DNA of 64,000 nt from positions 118,071 through 182,070 of the forward strand of contig JBAQFB010000008.1 of NCBI GenBank assembly GCA_049287065.1. The letters are read 5' to 3'. The notes under the pieces are model-generated. The model was not told the origin of the DNA and did not search any database. It saw only the letters and a program-made list of their open reading frames with translations. Source of the stretch: Candidatus Nanopelagicaceae bacterium (GTDB taxonomy: Bacteria > Actinomycetota > Actinomycetes > Nanopelagicales > Nanopelagicaceae). This document shows positions 56,625 to 64,000 of the stretch, in pieces (position 1 is the first letter of the stretch; each line of letters starts with the position of its first letter). The position numbers and the translations under genes were made by a program.

Positions 56625-58996
56625 CAACTCCGGCTGCGCGTTATGCAGAATCGAGAAAGCGAGATTCATCAGTTCTGACGCAGGAATTTGCCGACACTTT
56701 CTCTTTTCCTTTCGATGACTTCCAAACCAAAGCGTGTAGGGCAGTTGAGGCAGGCAAGGGAGTCCTGGTTGCGGCTCCAACTGGGGCGGGGAAAACAGTG
56801 GTCGGCGAATTTGCCGCTTTCCTAGCGATTCGTTTGGGAAGGAAATGCTTTTACACGACTCCCATCAAAGCGCTTTCTAATCAGAAGTATCAAGAATTTG
56901 TGGCTCGTTTCGGCACCGAAAGAGTGGGACTGCTAACCGGAGATACCAGCATTAACGGTGAGGCCGATATTTTGGTCATGACGACCGAAGTACTGCGAAA
57001 TATGTTGTACGCGGGCTCCAGCACGCTCTCCGCGTTGGGCTTTGTCGTGATGGACGAGGTCCATTATCTCGCCGACAAGTTCCGCGGGGCGGTATGGGAG
57101 GAGGTGCTCATACATCTGATGGAGAGCGTTCAGGTGATTTCCCTCTCTGCGACAGTCTCAAATGCAGAGGAGTTTGGAGAATGGCTGCAAATTATCCGTG
57201 GCGATACTGAAGTGATCGTGAGTGAAGTCAGACCGGTTCCGTTGTATCAACATGTGCTTATCGACAACAGTTTAGTAGATCTCTTTGTCGAGAATGGTCA
57301 TGTCAATCCCGAGATACTCAGACGCGAACGCGAAGCCATGCGTCGAGTCCGGACGCCGCGGAATAGAGGCAAGGATTTTGCCAATGGAGGTCACCGGCTT
57401 TCACGCGCAGAGATTATCGAAAGGCTTGATCGCGAAAGAATGCTCCCGGCGATTACCTTCATTTTTTCCAGACTGGGCTGCGATTCTGCGGTCCGCCAAT
57501 GTCTGGCATCGGGTGTGAGACTTACGACATCGGATGAAAGGAAAGAAATTCGTGAAACCGCTCTGCGCTACACGCAGAACATTGCTGAAGAGGATCTAGA
57601 AACTCTGGGATTCTCCGAATGGATGGCTGCCCTGGAAAGAGGAATCGCTGCTCACCACGCCGGCTTGCTGCCGAGCTTCAAAAATGCGGTCGAGGATCTT
57701 TTCCAACGGGGTCTGATCAAGGCGGTCTTTGCCACCGAGACCCTCGCCCTAGGCATCAATATGCCGGCACGCACGGTGGTGTTGGAGAAATTGGTGAAAT
57801 GGAACGGCGAAGCACATCTGCCGGTGACGCCGGGGGAGTACACCCAACTGACCGGACGTGCCGGTCGGCGGGGAATTGATATTGAAGGAAATGCAGTTGT
57901 GCAATGGTCGCCTACCGTCGACTCCGCCATGGCGGCCAGTCTGGCATCGACGCGAACATATCCATTACGTTCTTCTTTTACCCCAACGTACAACATGGCA
58001 ATCAATCTCATCTCCCGATTCGGTCGAGAAAGAGCACGCGGCTCTTTGGAGTCATCCTTTGCCCAATTTCAGGCTGATCGTGCAGTAATCGGACTCACGC
58101 GCCAAGTGCATAAGAACGAAGTGGCGATTGCGGAATTTGATGAGGCTTCGCGCTGTCACCTCGGTGACTTTAGGAGGTATGCCGAACTGCGGCGCGAGAT
58201 TAAAGAAACCGAGACTCTGCTCTCCCATAGGCAAGCAAAACGCGGGTTTGATCCGCGTCAACGTGCTCATCTGGAATCCGAACTTGTCGATCTGCGGAAA
58301 GCAATGCGTAATCACCCGTCTCACTCCTGCAACGATCGGGAAGCCCATGCCCGGGTGGCAGACCGCGCCGCGCGACTTCGCAAGGAAAATATTGGTCTTC
58401 TCTCGCGAGTGGAGAATCGAACTCACGTCATTGCACGGACGTTCGACCATGTTTGTGACGTGTTGACCGAGTTGGGATATATCCAGGGAGAGAAGACTCT
58501 TCCGCAGGGTCAAATTCTCGCCAAGATATACACGGAATCAGATCTGCTATTGGCGGAGGCCATTCGCGAGGATCTTTTCGATCATCTTTCGGCTTCAGAA
58601 TTGCTCAGCGTTCTGTCCAGCATGATTTTTCAAGGGAGGACTTCGCAGACGCAGGCTCCTCGGATTCCTACCGGAAACGTGCAAACAGCCTTGGCGGAAG
58701 TCACTCGCTTATGGGCAAAACTTGAAGTAATTGAGAATGCGCATCAAGTTACAACGCAACGCGAGCCTGACTTCGGTTTCTGCTGGATCTCGTTCCGTTG
58801 GGCCAACGGACACTCCTTACAGAGTGTGCTTAAAGATTCGGACCTTTCAGTCGGTGACTTTGTTAGATCAGCCAAACAACTCATAGACCTGCTTCAGCAA
58901 GTGTCGGTTGCAAGCGAGAAATTGCGTCCAAAATGCCTTGAGGCCATGAAGAAATTGGATCGAGGGGTAGTGGCGTATATGGTGAATGAATCATGA
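56621..58996 (+). CDS. helY: Ski2-like DEAD/DEAH-box RNA helicase HelY
   Basis: 791 aa. Walker A APTGAGKTV, the DEVH box (VVMDEVHYL), SATV, HHAGLLP, and a C-terminal DSHCT-like domain. ATGA overlap with the lipid kinase. Confidence 0.88.
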   Translation: MTTPAARYAESRKRDSSVLTQEFADTFSFPFDDFQTKACRAVEAGKGVLVAAPTGAGKTVVGEFAAFLAIRLGRKCFYTTPIKALSNQKYQEFVARFGTERVGLLTGDTSINGEADILVMTTEVLRNMLYAGSSTLSALGFVVMDEVHYLADKFRGAVWEEVLIHLMESVQVISLSATVSNAEEFGEWLQIIRGDTEVIVSEVRPVPLYQHVLIDNSLVDLFVENGHVNPEILRREREAMRRVRTPRNRGKDFANGGHRLSRAEIIERLDRERMLPAITFIFSRLGCDSAVRQCLASGVRLTTSDERKEIRETALRYTQNIAEEDLETLGFSEWMAALERGIAAHHAGLLPSFKNAVEDLFQRGLIKAVFATETLALGINMPARTVVLEKLVKWNGEAHLPVTPGEYTQLTGRAGRRGIDIEGNAVVQWSPTVDSAMAASLASTRTYPLRSSFTPTYNMAINLISRFGRERARGSLESSFAQFQADRAVIGLTRQVHKNEVAIAEFDEASRCHLGDFRRYAELRREIKETETLLSHRQAKRGFDPRQRAHLESELVDLRKAMRNHPSHSCNDREAHARVADRAARLRKENIGLLSRVENRTHVIARTFDHVCDVLTELGYIQGEKTLPQGQILAKIYTESDLLLAEAIREDLFDHLSASELLSVLSSMIFQGRTSQTQAPRIPTGNVQTALAEVTRLWAKLEVIENAHQVTTQREPDFGFCWISFRWANGHSLQSVLKDSDLSVGDFVRSAKQLIDLLQQVSVASEKLRPKCLEAMKKLDRGVVAYMVNES

Positions 58997-59898
58997 CATT
59001 GATGCTCATAGATAGTGCCTCACTCTGGTACCGCGCCTATTACGGAATGCCAGACACCTTGGTCGCACCTGACGGAACTCCGGTCAACGCGATCCGCGGA
59101 TATTTGGATATGACTGCCCGTTTGATTGGCATGTATAGACCAGAAAGACTGGTCGCCTGTATCGAAGGGGATTGGCGTCCAAGTTGGCGTGTCTCACTCT
59201 TTCCTGATTACAAGGCCAATCGAGTGGATGTCGCTACTGGCGAAGAAGAGGAAGAACCAGAGACTCTAACGCCGCAAATTCCCATCTTGCTCGATATTTT
59301 GGATGCCATTGGATTCCCCGTGATCGGTATCGATGATTTCGAAGCCGATGACGTAATGGCATCTTTCGCCGTGCAGCATGCAGGTCCAACGAGGATTGTT
59401 ACGGGTGATCGTGATCTTTTCCAAATGGTCGATGACGCGCGCGACGTCGCCGTTGTATATCTTGCTAAAGGAATTTCAGCCCATGAATTTGTGAATCATA
59501 ATTGGGTGCAAGAAAAGTATGAGATCCCTGGAGATCGATATGGACTCTTTGCGATGTTTCGGGGAGATCCATCAGATGGATTGCCTGGAGTAAAGGGAAT
59601 CGGTCAGAAAGGCGCAGCGCTCATCGCGAATAATTTTGCCGATGTGCACGAGGTAATTGCGGGAGCCGAGGAAGCGCATCCGGCGCTGTCACCATCACTG
59701 GTCAAGAAGATTCTTGCCGGGCGCGACTACTTGGCGATTGCGCCGACCTTAGTCCAATGCGCCACGGACATTTCACTCCCGCAGATCTCGCTCGAACTTC
59801 CAAAGCGGCCCAAAGATTTGAAAGCGCTCAGGAAGTTGCAGGAACAGTACGGACTTAGCACAAGCATTGAGAGAATGATCTCGGCATTGCAGTGGTGA
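58993..59898 (+). CDS. 5'-3' exonuclease (FEN-like, Pol I N-terminal domain homologue)
   Basis: 301 aa. Has LIDSASLWYRAYY, EADDVMA, TGDRDLFQMV and SDGLPGVKGIGQKGAA (H3TH). ATGA overlap with helY. Confidence 0.9.
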   Translation: MTLMLIDSASLWYRAYYGMPDTLVAPDGTPVNAIRGYLDMTARLIGMYRPERLVACIEGDWRPSWRVSLFPDYKANRVDVATGEEEEEPETLTPQIPILLDILDAIGFPVIGIDDFEADDVMASFAVQHAGPTRIVTGDRDLFQMVDDARDVAVVYLAKGISAHEFVNHNWVQEKYEIPGDRYGLFAMFRGDPSDGLPGVKGIGQKGAALIANNFADVHEVIAGAEEAHPALSPSLVKKILAGRDYLAIAPTLVQCATDISLPQISLELPKRPKDLKALRKLQEQYGLSTSIERMISALQW

Positions 59899-61346
59899 TT
59901 TTCCAAGCGTTACTGGCGGGCTTACTCATGTACGCCTCGTTCGCACCTATTGCTCTCTGGTGGTGCGCTCCGATTGCATTAGCACTGCTCATTCATCTTC
60001 TGCATCAACCAGAATTGAAGCGCCGCCTGATCGCCGTTGCTGTTTTCGCAACTGCCTTTTTTGCCCCGCTTCTATCATGGACCAATACCTACGTCGGAAA
60101 TGTTCCGTGGATCATTCTCACCCTCCTTCAGATCGCGTTATTGACACCACTTGGTTTGCTCCGTCTGCAAAAGTCGAAACCCGGGCTACTCCTTCTCTTT
60201 CCATCCTTCTGGATTCTCATTGAACTTATACGAACTAGATTTCCGTTCGACGGATTTGGGTGGGGGAGGGCGGCATTCAGCCAACCCGATGCGCCTTACG
60301 CGCTTATCGCACAATTGGGGGGCGCTCCACTACTCAGCTTTGCCGTCGCCCTCATTGGCGTCGCACTTTATCTATTGGTGGTTGATCGAAAGTTGAAAGC
60401 GCTCTGGTTGATTATTCTCATCGCGTTTCCGACATTCCTCCTCACCGCTAATGAGGCCTCTAATAAGCGCGATGAAAGACGCGACTTCAACTTTGTTGCG
60501 GTTCAAGGGGGAGTGCCGCAGCTTGGACTTGAATTCAACGCGCGCGCGACGGCTGTCTTTGAAAATCATCTCAGAACTACCCGGACGTATTTGTCCCAGC
60601 GTGTTGGTACTCCGGATGTAATTTTGTGGCCCGAGAATTCGGTGGATGTGGATCCTTTTCGAAACCCTTTGGTAAGCAGGCGAATTCAAGCTTTAGTTGA
60701 CGAGTTTTCAACTCCATTGATCCTCGGGGCCGTTTTGGAATCTGGAGAAAAGTTTCACAATGCTTCAATGCTTTGGCTACCCAAGACCGGTCCTAGTTCG
60801 ATATATATCAAACAGCACTTAACGCCATTTGGAGAATATATTCCGTTGCGGACTATTGCAGAATTTATTTCCCCTTACGCGAAGAGTGTCGCTGGATTTC
60901 TACCGGGAAAGGAAACCGTTCTACATCAAGTTGGAAAGGCTATTTTGGCACCAATTATTTGCTTCGAGCTTCTTGACGATTCAATTGGGCGCGAAATGGG
61001 CAAGCGCGCGAATGCTTTGGTAATTCAGACAAATAGTGCGACTTTTGGGAGATCACCTGAGAGTGAGCAGCAACTCCAGATTTCACGAATCCGTGCGATT
61101 GAACATCGAAGGTATGCCGTGAGCATTTCAACTTCCGGGGTGAGTGCACTCATCGATCCACGCGGGAAGGTGTCTCAACATCGTGAAATCGACCGATCAG
61201 CGGTAATCGACGCTTCCATCGCGCTCATAAACTCAGTCACGCCATCAGACAAATATGGCGAGCAAATTGAACTTGCCTTAATCTTCCTACCAATCTTTCT
61301 AACTAGCGCATTTCCTTTTATATCTTCACGTCGGAGGCTGAAATGA
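59892..61346 (+). CDS. lnt: apolipoprotein N-acyltransferase
   Basis: 484 aa. N-terminal polytopic membrane domain plus a CN-hydrolase domain with E (WPENS), K (IKQHLTPFGEYIP) and C (ICFELLDD). GTG start overlapping the exonuclease stop. Confidence 0.87.
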   Translation: MVIFQALLAGLLMYASFAPIALWWCAPIALALLIHLLHQPELKRRLIAVAVFATAFFAPLLSWTNTYVGNVPWIILTLLQIALLTPLGLLRLQKSKPGLLLLFPSFWILIELIRTRFPFDGFGWGRAAFSQPDAPYALIAQLGGAPLLSFAVALIGVALYLLVVDRKLKALWLIILIAFPTFLLTANEASNKRDERRDFNFVAVQGGVPQLGLEFNARATAVFENHLRTTRTYLSQRVGTPDVILWPENSVDVDPFRNPLVSRRIQALVDEFSTPLILGAVLESGEKFHNASMLWLPKTGPSSIYIKQHLTPFGEYIPLRTIAEFISPYAKSVAGFLPGKETVLHQVGKAILAPIICFELLDDSIGREMGKRANALVIQTNSATFGRSPESEQQLQISRIRAIEHRRYAVSISTSGVSALIDPRGKVSQHREIDRSAVIDASIALINSVTPSDKYGEQIELALIFLPIFLTSAFPFISSRRRLK

Positions 61347-62077
61347 AGATCCTCGTCATTATTCCGACCTACAACGAGGTCCAGAGCATCGCTTCTGTCA
61401 TTCAAGGGGTGCTCGCGCTGCCCTTTGATACTCAACTTCTGATTGTCGACGATAACTCTCCGGATGGGACCGCCCGGGTCGTTAAGGAGTTGAACTCCGA
61501 TCGAGTCCATGTCCTGGATCGAACCGAGAAATCTGGACTAGGCGCTGCTTATCGAGCCGGTTTCCAATGGGGTCTGAGAGACTCCACATTCACTCACTTT
61601 GTGACCATGGACGGAGACGGCTCCCACCGTTGGCAGGACCTCAGCCGACTGATCGAGCGGGCCAACAACGCCGATGTTGTCATGGGTACACGGTGGATGC
61701 CAGGTGGTGCCATCTTGAACTGGCCCAAATATCGACAATTTATCTCCCGCATCGGCACTTCATACGCTCGGTGGGCGCTGCGGATGCCACTAAATGACCT
61801 CACGGGCGGTTTTCGGGTCTATTCCGCGCACCTGCTCAAACGAATCAAAATGGAGACGATTTCCTCGGAGGGTTACTGCTTTCAAATTGAAATGGTGCGC
61901 GCTGCGCACGCCGCCGAAGGAACTTTCGCTCAGGAACCGATCACCTTTGTAGAAAGAGAGCTCGGAAAATCCAAGATGAGCAGACGGATCGTGATGGAAG
62001 CATTAACCAAAGTAACTGGCTGGGCGGTCGAATCTCGCCTACGGAATAACGCCGATAAGTTACATTATGTTAAGTGA
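61343..62077 (+). CDS. ppm1: polyprenol monophosphomannose synthase (GT2)
   Basis: 244 aa. Has LVIIPTYNE, VDDNSPDGT and MDGDGSH motifs. ATGA overlap with lnt. Confidence 0.9.
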   Translation: MKILVIIPTYNEVQSIASVIQGVLALPFDTQLLIVDDNSPDGTARVVKELNSDRVHVLDRTEKSGLGAAYRAGFQWGLRDSTFTHFVTMDGDGSHRWQDLSRLIERANNADVVMGTRWMPGGAILNWPKYRQFISRIGTSYARWALRMPLNDLTGGFRVYSAHLLKRIKMETISSEGYCFQIEMVRAAHAAEGTFAQEPITFVERELGKSKMSRRIVMEALTKVTGWAVESRLRNNADKLHYVK

Positions 62078-62099
62078 ATATAGAGGTTAGCCGCTCCGG

Positions 62100-64000
62100 T
62101 TACTGGTACTCCTCCATTGGCGGGCAGGCGCAGATCAGGTTTCGATCCCCATAAGCGCCATCGATACGCCCAACGGTTGGCCAGTATTTGCCACGTCGGC
62201 CGATGATCTCTCCTAGGGCTATTCCCTGCGGGAAGGCCGCCAATTCGCGCGTATATGGGTGGTTCCAGTCCGTGGCAGCCATCTGCTCAGCGGTATGTGG
62301 AGCGCTGCGCAATGGTGAGTTATCGCTGCTGTAGGAACCATTGCCCACTGCTTGAATCTCACGATAAATCGAGATCATCGCCTCAATAAAGCGATCCAAC
62401 TCGACGATATCTTCGCTCTCGGTCGGTTCGACCATCAGGGTTCCAGCAACCGGGAAGCTCATCGTGGGTGCATGGAAGCCATAGTCCATGAGCCGTTTGG
62501 CCACATCGTCCACGGTCACACCGGTCTCTTTGGTGATCTCCCGCAGATCCAGAATGCATTCGTGGGCAACTAGACCTGCCGCTCCACTGTAGAGAACGGG
62601 GTAGTACTCCCCTAGTTTTCGGGCAATGTAATTGGCAGAGAGAATTGCAACTTGAGTTGCATGCGTGAGACCTGATCCGCCCATCAAACGGATGTACGCC
62701 CACGAAATGGGAAGAATGCTCGCCGAGCCAAACGGTGCAGCACTGACAGGGCCAGGACCTGTTGCGGGACCAGCCTGCCCATCCAATGGGTGGTTGGGCA
62801 AGAACGGGGCCAAGTGGGCGCGGCAGATGACCGGGCCTACGCCAGGTCCCCCACCTCCGTGCGGAATACAGAAAGTCTTATGGAGATTGAGGTGTGAGAC
62901 ATCAGCTCCGAATTTTCCAGGTTGGGCAAGTCCGACTAGCGCGTTGAGGTTTGCACCATCTACGTAAACCTGTCCTCCAGCATCGTGCACCAGCGCACAG
63001 ATTTCACCGATTGCAGTTTCGAAGACACCATGCGTTGAAGGATAGGTAATCATCAATGCCGCAAGAACTGAAGAGTGCTCCTGGATCTTTGCGCGCAAAT
63101 CATCCAGGCTCACATTGCCGTGTTCGTCACACGCAACCACGACGACTTTCATGCCAGCCATAACGGCACTTGCCGCATTTGTTCCGTGCGCGCTAGAGGG
63201 AATCAAGCAGATGCGACGGTGAACCTCGTCTCTCGAATCATGGTAATTTCGAATTGCCAGCAGGCCGGCAAACTCGCCTTGACTGCCAGCGTTGGGCTGG
63301 AGCGAAACCGCATCGTAGCCCGTGATAGAAATCAACCATTGCGAAAGTTGGTCAATGAGTTTTCGCGAACCTGCGCTCTGATCTGCCGGCGCGAAGGGAT
63401 GCAAGGAAGAGAACTCCGGCCATGTAACAGATTCCATCTCTGTGACCGCATTCAGTTTCATGGTGCAGGATCCGAGCGGAATCATGGTGCGATCGAGTGC
63501 CAGGTCACGGTCTGCCAACGTCCGCAAGTATCGCATCATCGCAGTTTCAGAATGATTTACATGGAAGATCGGATGGGTTAAGAATGCAGAAGTACGAAGC
63601 AAGTTTGTTGGGATCGAGTTCTTAGCCGCGCTCTCCCCTGCTGGGATGGTTACACCAAACACATCCGCCAGACTTAGCAGAGTTTTCTCTGATGTTGTTT
63701 CATCAAGAGAAATTCCAATTGTCTCTTCATTTATTTCGCGGAGATTGATTGAAAGATCTTGCGCGCGATTATGTATAACTCTCGCATCCGGAACGGTGAT
63801 GGTGAGCGTGTCGAAATAGCTACCTTCAGCAACGCTGAACCCGCCATCCAACAGTCCTTGCGCCAGACGTCGAGTCTGGCCGTTTATCTTTGCAGCGATC
63901 ATTTTCAAACCATCTGGTCCATGCCACATGGAATAGAACGCGCTCATGACTGCCAAAAGCACTTGCGCGGTGCAGATGTTGCTGGTCGCCTTGTCGCGAC
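62100..64000 (-). CDS. gcvP: glycine dehydrogenase (decarboxylating), P protein; 5' third lies off-window
   Basis: The frame stays open beyond the ORF-track Met at 63962: the window end reads ..[20 protein letters not shown], a conserved GcvP stretch. The PLP-lysine context is [21 protein letters not shown]. The stop is at 62100. Confidence 0.95.
   Translation of the reverse strand, partial: RDKATSNICTAQVLLAVMSAFYSMWHGPDGLKMIAAKINGQTRRLAQGLLDGGFSVAEGSYFDTLTITVPDARVIHNRAQDLSINLREINEETIGISLDETTSEKTLLSLADVFGVTIPAGESAAKNSIPTNLLRTSAFLTHPIFHVNHSETAMMRYLRTLADRDLALDRTMIPLGSCTMKLNAVTEMESVTWPEFSSLHPFAPADQSAGSRKLIDQLSQWLISITGYDAVSLQPNAGSQGEFAGLLAIRNYHDSRDEVHRRICLIPSSAHGTNAASAVMAGMKVVVVACDEHGNVSLDDLRAKIQEHSSVLAALMITYPSTHGVFETAIGEICALVHDAGGQVYVDGANLNALVGLAQPGKFGADVSHLNLHKTFCIPHGGGGPGVGPVICRAHLAPFLPNHPLDGQAGPATGPGPVSAAPFGSASILPISWAYIRLMGGSGLTHATQVAILSANYIARKLGEYYPVLYSGAAGLVAHECILDLREITKETGVTVDDVAKRLMDYGFHAPTMSFPVAGTLMVEPTESEDIVELDRFIEAMISIYREIQAVGNGSYSSDNSPLRSAPHTAEQMAATDWNHPYTRELAAFPQGIALGEIIGRRGKYWPTVGRIDGAYGDRNLICACPPMEEYQ

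Noticed and set aside
1-64000. CRISPR arrays, IS elements or transposases, prophage genes, toxin-antitoxin pairs, known defence systems, and rRNA genes.
   Set aside because: I scanned the ORF track and the intergenic sequence. There are no repeat-spacer arrays, no transposase, integrase or phage-like ORFs, no small paired ORFs with TA features, and no rRNA-like sequence. Every ORF of substantial length that does not overlap a called gene is accounted for.

Overview
This window is a very densely packed actinobacterial chromosome segment. By my gene calls only about 2 kb of the 64 kb is non-coding. GC looks moderate, roughly low-to-mid 50s percent by eye (not computed). Almost everything is conserved housekeeping in the classic actinobacterial order.

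Gene order, left to right:
- aroB (5' partial), aroQ, efp, nusB, with a convergent bldD homologue.
- A ~9.7 kb pyrimidine operon: pyrR-pyrB-pyrC-carA-carB-pyrK-pyrD-pyrF.
- An in-frame mihF-gmk fusion, then rpoZ, coaBC, metK, priA, def, fmt, rsmB, rpe.
- An FMN riboswitch followed by ribD-ribE-ribBA-ribH, then hisE-hisG and a convergent serB.
- A less conserved ~12 kb stretch (27.8-40.4 kb): an orphan ABC ATPase coupled to ung, an NCS2 purine permease, two uncharacterised membrane proteins, a Zn-ADH, tdk, apt, a two-subunit molybdenum hydroxylase with XdhC and MocA-like maturation genes, a novel secreted repeat protein, and tRNA-Leu(GAG).
- An M20 peptidase, an aldo-keto reductase, the phosphomutase/DUF3090/SCO1664 triad upstream of mshC, PAC2, metH, a HAD hydrolase, a RecB-family nuclease, trmI, pafB-pafC, tatA-tatC, a lipid kinase, helY, a 5'-3' exonuclease, lnt-ppm1, and the 3' two-thirds of gcvP (runs off the window).

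I saw no rRNA, CRISPR array, IS element or transposase, integrase, prophage, or recognisable defence or toxin-antitoxin module. I do not see a clear-cut, self-evidently new multi-gene system.

The most interesting candidates are:
1. MihF and Gmk encoded as one uninterrupted frame.
2. The uncharacterised histidine-phosphatase/DUF3090/kinase-like triad translationally chained to mshC.
3. A secreted protein with heptad-spaced Tyr repeats and a Lys-rich tail, with no family I recognise.
4. The complete absence of the arc-dop-pup-prcBA-pafA block from its conserved slot, while pafBC and PAC2 remain.
5. A molybdenum hydroxylase with no FAD or cytochrome partner, embedded among nucleobase-salvage genes.
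6. An orphan ABC ATPase overlapping ung.

All functional calls rest on my own recognition of motifs in the translated ORFs. No database search was run.
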